Positions 30,540 to 39,929 of a stretch of 64,000 bases of DNA are shown here, piece by piece. This stretch comes from Bacteroidota bacterium (lineage in GTDB: Bacteria > Bacteroidota > Bacteroidia > UKL13-3), in the NCBI GenBank assembly GCA_947453415.1, contig CANGGG010000006.1, forward strand, positions 2,129 through 66,128, written 5' to 3'. A program made the position numbers and the translations under genes. Under the pieces are notes generated by a model. It was not told where the DNA came from and ran no database searches. It was given only the letters and a program-made list of their open reading frames with translations. Numbering within the stretch: position 1 is the first letter of the stretch; each line of letters begins with the position of its first letter.

Positions 30540-33500
30540 TTATTTTGCTATGATTAGTTTTTTTGTTTCGGAGAAACCATCTAAAGTTGATAAAGTAACC
30601 AAATATAAACCAGATGTTAAGTTTTGAGTATCAATATACTCAATATGGTTTCCGAATTCTACAAAATTGTTATAAACTATCGTTGAAATTTTATTTCCGG
30701 ATAAATCATATAAGTTGATTTCAATATTTGTTGGATTGACAATATTAAAAATTAACTGAGTTCCGTTTACTGTAGGATTGGGGTAAATTGACATTTCGAA
30801 ATTTTGATTATGAATTGCAGTAAACTGAGAAGGTGTTTGATCTAATAAATTTGTTTTATCTAACCCAGATTTTTCTTTATATTTTTTTGAATTACACAAA
30901 CCTAAAATTTCCTCGTCGGTACCTCTTAAACTATTTATATCGGCATTCTTACATTCATCATTAAGCCAAATTCCTGATTCTAATTTTAAAGTGACTTTTG
31001 GATTTATTTCATTTTCTGTATTTACAATTATTTCTTTTCCAGCTATTATTTCAGAATTATCACCTATTAAAACACCATCTTCAATAATTATATTTTCACC
31101 TGATCTAATTAAAGAATTTTTAGGAATTACTGAACCACGAGGAATAGTAATATTTCCAATTGTAAATATATTGTTAGTGCCCGATAAGTAAGTTTGATTT
31201 CCTCCAGGAATAAATGGATTAGAATAAGCTGTTTTAATAACATTGACAGTAAATGCCCTCCAATCTTTAACAGAAACAGTTAAGCTAGGATTTGAACCAT
31301 CAAATTCCTCTCTTTTGATACTTACCTCATCTCGGTAATTATAAATTTCCCATGGTGTTTGAGCAATTTTTATTATTCCTTTCTCAGTCCAAGTATTATT
31401 AATTCTTTCGTTATAAGCTTTTGTTACATCATAAGTAAGAACCATGTTTAAAGGTATTTTTTCATTTTCTATTCTATAGTTTGAAAAACTTGCACTAGAA
31501 CCAGCATGTTTTCTTTGTAAACGAACCATTAATTTTAGATATACTTTCATACCTTTATTCCAATTAAATACTGTAAAATTGGGCATTGTTAAACAATTAT
31601 AAGGTACATAAGCCGTTCTAAATCTAATTACGCTGTTTGGTGTATTTGGGTATGCATCTGAAACATAATCAAGTTCTAGTCCAGATTCTTCTATTGAATT
31701 TATTCTATTTTCTAAAGTTATTGCAGAACCATTTTTCCAGTAATCTTTGTGAAAAGGAATTGTTGGAAATTTACTCCATTCTGAATATTTATCCATAAAT
31801 AAATTATAACCATCTGGATTGCTTTCAAACTCTAAAACTATTGCTGCATCAATACTAACCACTTCTACATCAGCTGCTGGGTTAACAACATATTTTGGGA
31901 TTTCAGTTATTTTACACTGTTGAATTGCAAACCAATTTATTGGTTTTTTTGTTAAATCATTTTCAGTTACACTTGCATAAATATTTCTATCGTTTATGTC
32001 GCGATACCTAATTTGTTTTTCATAATCAATACTTTCAAATTTAGGCGGACCCAATAAATTAAATACACCTAAGGTCTGATTATAGATTGCATTATCTGTG
32101 CTCTCTAAATAAGTACCATTTTCCAGTCTTCCATTGCTATTATTTGTATTGTTTATTGTTACAAAATTTTGATTCCGTGCACCTGGTAAATTTAAAATGG
32201 TTGTTATAGGAGAAGATGTATAGGTTAAACTACCTGTAAAACTATATTTAGTTTGCGAAATACTGGGTGCGGAAATTGTTTGTTCACTTTTTTTAGCACC
32301 ATTCACCAGATAATCCATTACGCCAATGGCGGCACCAACATAAGGAACGAAAGAAGCAACATTTTTTAAGTCTTTTAAAAAGTTTAATTTAGGGTCATTT
32401 GTTTTCTCAACTTTTAACCATTCATTCCAAATACCACTGGATTTTAAATCTGATAAATTATTAAGTGGTTTTCCTGTTTTAGGATCATTTATCCCTCCAG
32501 TATAATATTTAAAAAAATCTTTTTCTAGTTTTTTACTCCATAAATCATAGCCTTTATCTAAAATATCATTCGCACTTTTTTCATAGCCAGACCATTCATT
32601 ATAATACTGTTGACCAGCACCTGCTATTCCTTTTACATCATCCATAAACGATGTTTTGGGAACAGAAGAGTTTCCTCCTCCTGCAGAAGTATTATCCGCT
32701 ATATTGTGAATGGTAGTACTTTCTCCTTTTAAATCAATTTTTGAAAGTGCTGTTGTGTAAAGTTGAAAATAAATTTTTGCATTTTTATTCATATTTTTCA
32801 ATAAGCAGGTACAAGGATCATAAGCCACATCAAATTCCCCATAAATCCACTGCAAAATATCTTTATTGGCCTGGTAATTATTTGTGGCTGTCAAATATGC
32901 CTTGTTGTTCCATTCATCTAAATGATTAGTAATAGGGTAAGCAAATGAAAATAAAGCTGTACGTATAGATTTTTTAAAATCTGGATTATCATCTTTAGGA
33001 CGACCCAAACCATCTGTTGGAAATGTTGCTGTAATAAATGCACCATTAAAATCTTCCTTGTTAGGTATTAAGTAATACACCCTTATTTTGCTGGTATATC
33101 TGTTATAAATTACAAAATTAGGATATATTTTAACTTCGTTTCCTAATGCCATTTGACAAATCGCAACCATTCTTCCTCCAAAATCCATGGTTAAAATTTC
33201 CCATCCATCTTCTGGGTATATATCCAATTTTTGAGGAATAAATGGATCTAAATGATAAATAGATAAATTAGGATTATTTGAATTTGAGTTTGTACGTTTG
33301 TAAAAAGGTAATTCTACTGGATCTGCACCATAATAGTTAATTCCTAATATAGTTACTGGATTATTAAATGAACTAAATGTTCTGTTTGCTGTGGTATTAT
33401 TTGTCCAGTCAAACTTATTTATCCTATTTGAAGTATTATTCCGCCAATCTGAACTGATATTGCTAAAAAAAGATAAATCATGTATTACCCCATTAAGGTC

Positions 33501-33572
33501 TTTATCTGCTTGTGTTTGCCCATAACTTTTGAAGCAAACTATTGTAAGTATTATTAAAATATAATTTTTCAT
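30540..33572 (-). CDS. Large T9SS type A CTD cargo protein of unknown function
   Basis: Signal peptide MKNYILIILTIVCFKSYG-Q at ATG 33572; C-terminal IYPNPT...YDLSG...SGLYLV...KKLIIAK. Confidence 0.85.
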   Translation of the reverse strand: MKNYILIILTIVCFKSYGQTQADKDLNGVIHDLSFFSNISSDWRNNTSNRINKFDWTNNTTANRTFSSFNNPVTILGINYYGADPVELPFYKRTNSNSNNPNLSIYHLDPFIPQKLDIYPEDGWEILTMDFGGRMVAICQMALGNEVKIYPNFVIYNRYTSKIRVYYLIPNKEDFNGAFITATFPTDGLGRPKDDNPDFKKSIRTALFSFAYPITNHLDEWNNKAYLTATNNYQANKDILQWIYGEFDVAYDPCTCLLKNMNKNAKIYFQLYTTALSKIDLKGESTTIHNIADNTSAGGGNSSVPKTSFMDDVKGIAGAGQQYYNEWSGYEKSANDILDKGYDLWSKKLEKDFFKYYTGGINDPKTGKPLNNLSDLKSSGIWNEWLKVEKTNDPKLNFLKDLKNVASFVPYVGAAIGVMDYLVNGAKKSEQTISAPSISQTKYSFTGSLTYTSSPITTILNLPGARNQNFVTINNTNNSNGRLENGTYLESTDNAIYNQTLGVFNLLGPPKFESIDYEKQIRYRDINDRNIYASVTENDLTKKPINWFAIQQCKITEIPKYVVNPAADVEVVSIDAAIVLEFESNPDGYNLFMDKYSEWSKFPTIPFHKDYWKNGSAITLENRINSIEESGLELDYVSDAYPNTPNSVIRFRTAYVPYNCLTMPNFTVFNWNKGMKVYLKLMVRLQRKHAGSSASFSNYRIENEKIPLNMVLTYDVTKAYNERINNTWTEKGIIKIAQTPWEIYNYRDEVSIKREEFDGSNPSLTVSVKDWRAFTVNVIKTAYSNPFIPGGNQTYLSGTNNIFTIGNITIPRGSVIPKNSLIRSGENIIIEDGVLIGDNSEIIAGKEIIVNTENEINPKVTLKLESGIWLNDECKNADINSLRGTDEEILGLCNSKKYKEKSGLDKTNLLDQTPSQFTAIHNQNFEMSIYPNPTVNGTQLIFNIVNPTNIEINLYDLSGNKISTIVYNNFVEFGNHIEYIDTQNLTSGLYLVTLSTLDGFSETKKLIIAK

Positions 33573-33579
33573 TTGTTTG

Positions 33580-34431
33580 TTATTTAATTTTTTTTCCAAT
33601 AAATTCATCATATAAAATTGGGCTTTTAGTATCGCCTTCCCCATTGGCTAAAGTATCTTTAAAATAGTAATAGGTAAGTTTTAGATTATTCTTTACCTTA
33701 ACCCCTATACTTCTTTTATCATTAGGAAGTCCATACATACAATGAGGAGAATATAAACTAAAAATAGAACTACCAAATGCACCAACAGCATTAAAAGCAT
33801 ATTCCTTAAATCCTCCAACATTTACTTTATATTTTTTGCTTACGTATCCATCATAAGGAATATTAGTTATAAAACTACCATCAGAGCTGTTTTGTTCAGT
33901 AGAAGGTAAAAAACCTATATCTACTTGAATCACCTTAGAAGGATTACTTTTTTTATAACCTTCATAAGTACCAAATAATGTCCAATATCTAGTTGAACTA
34001 AATAAAGAATCTATTGGATAGGTATAAAACGATTTTGTTAAAGTATCACTAGTTTTAAAGTTTCGGGTACAGCCTAGCTTGTAATGTTTGTAAACTACTA
34101 ATGTAACATCAATTTTGCTTGCTTCAGGATACATGCCTCTGAAAAACTGTTTTTGGGTAATTTGTTCAGATCCTAAAAACCACCTACAACTATCAATGTT
34201 TGGAGTAAGAACCCTATATCTTAAAGTTACTGGTGCAAAAGTTACACTATCTAATTCATTGAATACAATTGGCCAATTTTTATCAAATTGTCCTTCTTCT
34301 ATCACAAAATCTGCCTTTACTTCTTCTTGTCCGGCACATGGATTTTCAGGTGCTATTTCCTCTTTGGGGTTGCAAGCAAAGGGAAGTAAAGTAATTGCTG
34401 TTAGTAAACTTATAAATAATATTTTTTTCAT
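33580..34431 (-). CDS. Lipoprotein with PKD-like N-terminal region
   Basis: Lipobox PFAC; ADF...W.LG...V.L.V pattern; ATG at 34431. Confidence 0.75.
   Translation of the reverse strand: MKKILFISLLTAITLLPFACNPKEEIAPENPCAGQEEVKADFVIEEGQFDKNWPIVFNELDSVTFAPVTLRYRVLTPNIDSCRWFLGSEQITQKQFFRGMYPEASKIDVTLVVYKHYKLGCTRNFKTSDTLTKSFYTYPIDSLFSSTRYWTLFGTYEGYKKSNPSKVIQVDIGFLPSTEQNSSDGSFITNIPYDGYVSKKYKVNVGGFKEYAFNAVGAFGSSIFSLYSPHCMYGLPNDKRSIGVKVKNNLKLTYYYFKDTLANGEGDTKSPILYDEFIGKKIK
34294..34383. repeat. 90-bp direct repeat, copy A (copy B at 35171-35260)
   Basis: 85/90 identical by manual alignment; encodes PFACNPKEEIAPENPCAGQEEVKADFV[IL]EE. Confidence 0.95.
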
Positions 34432-34450
34432 AATTTTATTGAATTTTGGT

Positions 34451-35305
34451 TTAATATATTTTAGTACCAATGTATGTGTCTTTAAATTTTAGTTCACTGC
34501 TGCCTAGCGGAATAGTATCGGCATAACTGTATTCAATGGTGATTTTTTTAATATCTTTTCTGTCTAGCCAACCATAAACTTTTATAGCGGGAATTTCTGG
34601 TACATTTAGGTTCGGAAGCTTTAATACAGCTATATTTTTCATGACAAATGCTTTAGGAGATACTCCACCGTATTCGCACCAATCATAAAAAGAGTAATTG
34701 TTATTACCACTTTTATTCCAAATAGAGTTAACATAAGGAATTCCAGAAACCAAACCTACATAAGCTGGATTATCAACTCCATTTTTCCAAAATGTATCAT
34801 ATAATGTAACATTAAATTCAAGATTTGGCTTTGATAAATTATGCCCACGGTAGGTACCATAAATTGGATACTGTGGGTATATAGGCGCACTTGGAGGTAA
34901 GGTAAATTTTACTGGCCGTACATAAAATTTTCTTTCAGATGAATCTATACCGTCATCAAAAGGAAAGCAATTTTTGTTTGGAATTCGCTTTACAATTAAT
35001 TTTACATCGAGCCAGCCTAACGGAAAAGTACTCTTAATTACAGATTGTGTAGACAGAGTTTCTGCACCCAATATCCAAGTATAGCTATCGGCTTTTTGCA
35101 AAGCCCTAAACCTAACTTTGTTTCCATAATCAGCAATGGTATCACCTTCAAACCACCTATCTCCAATTAATTCTTCTAACACAAAATCAGCTTTTACTTC
35201 TTCTTGTCCGGCACATGGATTTTCAGGTGCAATTTCCTCTTTGGGGTTGCAGGCAAAGGGTATAATAAGTAAGGCTGTTATTAGTTTTAAGAATGTATTT
35301 TTCAT
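34451..35305 (-). CDS. Lipoprotein, paralogue of 33580-34431
   Basis: Lipobox PFAC; shared N-terminus, GTY.G and C-terminal [FY]IG.KI motif. Confidence 0.75.
   Translation of the reverse strand: MKNTFLKLITALLIIPFACNPKEEIAPENPCAGQEEVKADFVLEELIGDRWFEGDTIADYGNKVRFRALQKADSYTWILGAETLSTQSVIKSTFPLGWLDVKLIVKRIPNKNCFPFDDGIDSSERKFYVRPVKFTLPPSAPIYPQYPIYGTYRGHNLSKPNLEFNVTLYDTFWKNGVDNPAYVGLVSGIPYVNSIWNKSGNNNYSFYDWCEYGGVSPKAFVMKNIAVLKLPNLNVPEIPAIKVYGWLDRKDIKKITIEYSYADTIPLGSSELKFKDTYIGTKIY
35171..35260. repeat. 90-bp direct repeat, copy B
   Basis: See 34294-34383. Confidence 0.95.
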
Positions 35306-35315
35306 AACCAAAAAA

Positions 35316-36068
35316 TTATTCTGCTAATTTAGCTTTTAAAGCATCAATTTCTTTTTGTTGTTGTAAAATATACAAAGTTAGTTCTTCTACTTTTTCTAAT
35401 AATTTTACTTGCATTTCGCCAATGTCTATTTGTTTGTTATTAGCTTCTACTTCGGCTAAACTTGGCACATTGGGTAAGTGGTGGTATTTTTTTATAAATT
35501 TTGCCACTTGGCTTAATGGCATAAGTTTATAGTTTTTATCAAACACATAATCAGCATAAGGGTTTTGAAGCGTTACTATTACTTTACGGGCAGATAAATA
35601 ACCACTGGCATTTACTTTAAATAAATCTTGTGTAGCATCTTTAAATAGAATTTGGCTTTCGGTAATTGTAAAAAAGTTGCGGTTATTGCTGTTAATAAAA
35701 AATCCTAATAATGGACTTGATGTGCCATTAGTATTTAAAGTTAAAGCGCCTGAATTTTGAACTTTAAAGGCATCGTTACCACTAGTTCTTTTAACATAAA
35801 ATTCGCCTCCATTTATAAATAAATTACTATTGATTAAGTCAACTCTATTGTGGTCAACTGCAAATGGTATTGTGGTAACAGATCCATTTAAAGATTGAAC
35901 TTTAAAAAGAGATGGAAATGTTGTTCCGGGCAATCCCGTAACTACAGTACCCGAAATAGTAACATAATTATTGGTACTTAAAATACCACTTGTTGGGCCT
36001 ACCCATTGTGCCTTAGCTGAAACTATTGAGATAGTAAAAGCGATAATTAAAAGTTTAATTTTTTTCAT
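35316..36068 (-). CDS. Exported tail-fibre-like protein with C-terminal intramolecular-chaperone-type domain
   Basis: Signal peptide (ATG 36068, ...AKA-Q); beta-rich middle; C-terminal ADYVF..Y.L..L..V..[FY]I....HLP.VPS...LLEKVEELTLY plus coiled coil. Confidence 0.75.
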   Translation of the reverse strand: MKKIKLLIIAFTISIVSAKAQWVGPTSGILSTNNYVTISGTVVTGLPGTTFPSLFKVQSLNGSVTTIPFAVDHNRVDLINSNLFINGGEFYVKRTSGNDAFKVQNSGALTLNTNGTSSPLLGFFINSNNRNFFTITESQILFKDATQDLFKVNASGYLSARKVIVTLQNPYADYVFDKNYKLMPLSQVAKFIKKYHHLPNVPSLAEVEANNKQIDIGEMQVKLLEKVEELTLYILQQQKEIDALKAKLAE

Positions 36069-36624
36069 TTTGTTTAATTTTATTTTTTCCTTGTTAAGGA
36101 ATTTGAAGTATTTACTAATAAAATATTTGTCAAATAGCTGCCTAAGCGCAAACAGCCGAGTAGTATCGAAATTGCTTATCTTATTTTTTGTGTTAAGTTT
36201 GCATAAATAATTGTTTTGTTTAAAGTGTGAAACATTTATTATCTCAATACATTGGGACAAAATGTGGGTGTTAGTAGCACCCGCATTTTTTGTTTAACAA
36301 ACATTAATAATTTGACTTGTATTTTATAATTATATTTTAATGTTTCAGTTAAATAAATAATAATCAGTGTTTTAAAAATAGTTGTTTTTTGAATCATTTT
36401 AATAATTCAGTATTTATAAGCATTTAGGCACTACATTTATGCTAATTAAATAAATTATTTTGCATTATATAGAAGTGAAAATGCAACAAACTTTTAGTGT
36501 GTTTAAACATTTAGTTTAAGCTAATCAAATTTATAAAGCTTCTTTAGTGACTATTTTTTCGAACATGTAAACTTATTTACTAAAAGTGTGTTTAATCAAA
36601 ATAAAGTAAATCAATTGCAAAGCA

Positions 36625-36903
36625 ATGAAAACTGAACTCAATGAAATAATGATAGACCGAGTAATAGAAATGGCTTGGGAAGACAGAACTCCTTTTGATG
36701 CCATTGAGTTTCAATTTGGGTTAAAAGAGGCAGACGTAAAAGTTTTGATGAAAAACAATTTGAAATTCAGTAGCTATAAATTATGGCGAAAAAGAGTTGA
36801 AAATTGTAAAACAAAACATGCTGCCAAACGCAACAGTGATATTGATAGATTCAAATGCAATTTACAAAGAAGTATTTCAAATAATAAAATTTCGAAACGA
36901 TAA
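36625..36903 (+). CDS. TIGR03643/DUF2805 family protein
   Basis: DRVIEMAWEDRTPFDAI..QFGL.E..V..LM...LK.SS.KLWRKRV. Confidence 0.88.
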   Translation: MKTELNEIMIDRVIEMAWEDRTPFDAIEFQFGLKEADVKVLMKNNLKFSSYKLWRKRVENCKTKHAAKRNSDIDRFKCNLQRSISNNKISKR

Positions 36904-37601
36904 TGAACCAAAACAAAACATTTATTTTAGCAGGTGCATCAAGCGCCATTGCAAAGCAAACAGCTATATTTTTAAAAGAAAAAGGCTATCAAATTATAGG
37001 CGTTAGTACCAAACCAAAAGATTTTGATTATGATGAATTTTACGAAGTTCCAAGTTATGATTTTGGAAATTTCCCAAGCATAGAAAAGCCAATTGACGGA
37101 TTGGTATATTTTCCAGGAACCATTAATTTAAAACCATTTGCAAGGTTAACAGCAGCAGAATTTAACAACGATTTAGCAATCAATTCGTTGGGTGCAGTTG
37201 CATTTGTGCAAGCCTATTTATCTAATTTAAAAAAATCAGAAAATGCTTCAATCGTATTTATAAGTACTGTAGCGGTAAGTACTGGCATGCCTTTTCATAG
37301 TTCTATTGCCATGGCAAAAGGAGCAATTGAAGGATTAACAAAAGCATTATCGGCCGAATTAGCACCCAATATTCGGGTAAATTGCGTAGCACCCTCATTG
37401 GTGAATTCACCATTAGGAAGTAAATTCATTAGTTCGCCAGAAAAATTAGAGGCCATGCAAAAAAGAAATCCTTTGCGAAAAATTGGAGAACCAACCGACA
37501 TTGCGAATGCAATTGTATTTTTATTATTAGAACAATCGGCTTGGGTTACAGGACAAGTATTGGCTGTGGATGGTGGAATGAATAATATAAAAAATGGATA
37601 A
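36903..37601 (+). CDS. SDR family oxidoreductase
   Basis: GASSAIA, PGTINLKPF, AKGAIEGL..LSAELAP.IRVN, TGQVLAVDGG. Confidence 0.9.
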   Translation: MNQNKTFILAGASSAIAKQTAIFLKEKGYQIIGVSTKPKDFDYDEFYEVPSYDFGNFPSIEKPIDGLVYFPGTINLKPFARLTAAEFNNDLAINSLGAVAFVQAYLSNLKKSENASIVFISTVAVSTGMPFHSSIAMAKGAIEGLTKALSAELAPNIRVNCVAPSLVNSPLGSKFISSPEKLEAMQKRNPLRKIGEPTDIANAIVFLLLEQSAWVTGQVLAVDGGMNNIKNG

Positions 37602-38241
37602 TACAACAAACACCTGTCTTCATTTTGATGACATCATGCAAATGGAACAGCGCAAAAGAGCCAACCTCATTAATTCGATTGGTGGCTTTAAAAGCGTGTG
37701 TTTGATTGGAACTACAAACAATGAAAATCAAACTAATTTAGCCATTTTCAATTCCATTGTACACATAGGAGCAAATCCGCCATTAATTGGTTTTTTTGTC
37801 AGACCTGATTCGGTAGAAAGACATACGCTTTCTAATATTTTAGCTACAGAATATTACACCATTAATCATATTAATGAAACTATTTTTAAGCAAGCACACC
37901 AAACAGCTGCACGGTATGAAAAAGAAGTATCTGAGTTTGAAGCTACGCAATTAACACCTGAATTTAAATACGATTTTAAAGCTCCCTTTGTGCAAGAAAG
38001 TTTTATTCAATTGGGTGTTCAATTGAAAGAAAAAATAACCATTCAAAGCAATCAAACTATTTTGTTAATTGGCGAAATAAAACTCATTAACTACCCAAGT
38101 GACTGTATGGAAAACGATGGTTTTATAAACTTAGAAAAGGCACAAACTATTACTTGCAGCGGACTTGATAGTTATTATAAAACTACTAAAATAGCACGAT
38201 TAAGTTATGCCAAACCAAATACAACACCAACTATTATTTAA
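37594..38241 (+). CDS. Flavin reductase family protein
   Basis: LINSIGGFKS..LIGT...NLAIFNS.VHIGA.P...RHT..NI; GLDSYY. Confidence 0.85.
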   Translation: MDNTTNTCLHFDDIMQMEQRKRANLINSIGGFKSVCLIGTTNNENQTNLAIFNSIVHIGANPPLIGFFVRPDSVERHTLSNILATEYYTINHINETIFKQAHQTAARYEKEVSEFEATQLTPEFKYDFKAPFVQESFIQLGVQLKEKITIQSNQTILLIGEIKLINYPSDCMENDGFINLEKAQTITCSGLDSYYKTTKIARLSYAKPNTTPTII

Positions 38242-38824
38242 TAATACTAATAATTTATTGCCATGCAATGGCCATGTAAATTACTATGGAAAAATATTAA
38301 GTGACGAGGAAATATTGCATTATTTTAATGAATTAAATGATACAATAGCATGGAAAAATGATGAAGTAATCATTTTTGGAAAATTGATAATAACTAATAG
38401 AAAAGTAGCTTGGTATGCTAACTCAAACATTGATTATACCTATTCCAATATTTCGAAAAAAGCATTGCCCTTTACACCAGCACTTTTAAATTTAAAACAA
38501 ATTATAGAACAAAAAACGGGCGAAACATACAATGCCTGTTTACTTAATTTATATCAAAATGGAAGCGAAGGAATGGGCTGGCATAGCGATGATGAAAAAG
38601 AGCTGGAACCATTATCTTCTATTGCCTCATTAAGCTTAGGAGCTGATAGAAAATTTTCATTGAAACACAAACAAAACAAACAAACTGTTTCCTTAATATT
38701 AGAAAACGGTAGTTTGTTAGAAATGAAAAATGAAACGCAATTATTTTGGAAACATGCCTTGCCAAAAACCACCAAAGTACTAGGACCAAGAATCAATTTA
38801 ACTTTTAGGAAAATGGTGATTTGA
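38207..38824 (+). CDS. AlkB-like 2OG-Fe(II) dioxygenase (ALKBH2/3-type)
   Basis: NACLLNLY, GWHSDDE, SLSLGA.R.F, WKHALPK, RINLTFR. Confidence 0.92.
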   Translation: MPNQIQHQLLFNNTNNLLPCNGHVNYYGKILSDEEILHYFNELNDTIAWKNDEVIIFGKLIITNRKVAWYANSNIDYTYSNISKKALPFTPALLNLKQIIEQKTGETYNACLLNLYQNGSEGMGWHSDDEKELEPLSSIASLSLGADRKFSLKHKQNKQTVSLILENGSLLEMKNETQLFWKHALPKTTKVLGPRINLTFRKMVI

Positions 38825-38903
38825 TGTGATTTGATAAAATAAATAACATAAAAAATTACTAGAACACATCAGATTAAATAGTAGTTTTGGAAATAAAATT
38901 AGC

Positions 38904-39929
38904 ATGGAAATAGGAATAGATAGTTTTGCAGCTGCATCGATTGAAAATGAAAACAATACAGCTGAAAATAACAGTCAATCACTGAAAGAATTATTAGCAC
39001 GAATTGCCTTTGCTGATGAAATGGGATTAAATGTTTTCGGAATTGGCGAACACCACCGAAAAGAGTTTTTAGATGCTTCACCAACTATTATATTGGCAGC
39101 GGCAGCAGCCATTACCAAACAAATTAAATTAACCAGCGCGGTAACTGTTTTAAGTGCTGCAGATCCTGTTAGGGTATTTCAAAATTTTGCAACCTTAGAT
39201 TTAATTTCAAAAGGCAGAACTGAAATTGTAGTTGGCAGGGGTTCATTTACAGAAGCATTTCCATTATTTGGTTACCATGTTCATGATTATGATGAGTTGT
39301 TTACTGAAAAACTAAATTTATTACTTGAAATTTGTAAAAATGAAACCATTTCATGGAATGGAAAGTTTCGACCTTCACTGATCAATCAAACTATTTACCC
39401 GCGACCATTTCAAAATAAATTACCCGTTTGGTTAGGTGTTGGTGGCACACCAGCATCTTTTGTTAGGGCCGGACAACTTGGATTGCCATTAATGGTAGCA
39501 ATTATTGGAGGTGAAACGCATCGTTTTAAACCACTCATAGATTTATACAGAGAAGCTGGCAGAAAAGCTGGACATTCGAGTGAGCAATTAAAAGTAGGTT
39601 TACACTCATTGGGTTACGTGGCTAACACTACCCAAGAAGCCATTGATGATTACTATCCTGGATATGCTGAAACGTTTACAAAAATAGGAAGAGAAAGAGG
39701 TTGGCCACCAGTAACTCGCACAAGATTTGACTCCCAAATAGGTGATTTAGGTGCAATATTAATTGGCAGTCCGGAGGAAGTATCACAAAAAATATTACGC
39801 CATAGCGAAGCCTTAGGAGGAATTTCAAGAGTTACTTTCCAAATGGATAGCGCTGGATTATCGCACGAAAAACATTTAAAAGCCATTGAGTTAATAGGTA
39901 AAAAAGTAATGCCATTGGTTAATCTATAA
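38904..39929 (+). CDS. LLM class flavin-dependent oxidoreductase
   Basis: GIGEHHR, SAVTVLS.ADPVRV, GRGSF.EAFPLFG, GVGGTP.S. Confidence 0.92.
   Translation: MEIGIDSFAAASIENENNTAENNSQSLKELLARIAFADEMGLNVFGIGEHHRKEFLDASPTIILAAAAAITKQIKLTSAVTVLSAADPVRVFQNFATLDLISKGRTEIVVGRGSFTEAFPLFGYHVHDYDELFTEKLNLLLEICKNETISWNGKFRPSLINQTIYPRPFQNKLPVWLGVGGTPASFVRAGQLGLPLMVAIIGGETHRFKPLIDLYREAGRKAGHSSEQLKVGLHSLGYVANTTQEAIDDYYPGYAETFTKIGRERGWPPVTRTRFDSQIGDLGAILIGSPEEVSQKILRHSEALGGISRVTFQMDSAGLSHEKHLKAIELIGKKVMPLVNL

Noticed and set aside
34294-35260. DGR template/variable repeat pair
   Set aside because: Both copies are N-terminal coding segments, mismatches are mostly synonymous and not confined to adenines of one copy, and no reverse transcriptase is present.
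35316-36260. Prophage tail-fibre gene
   Set aside because: It has a Sec signal peptide and no capsid, terminase or integrase genes are nearby; the ORF extension to 36260 looks non-coding.
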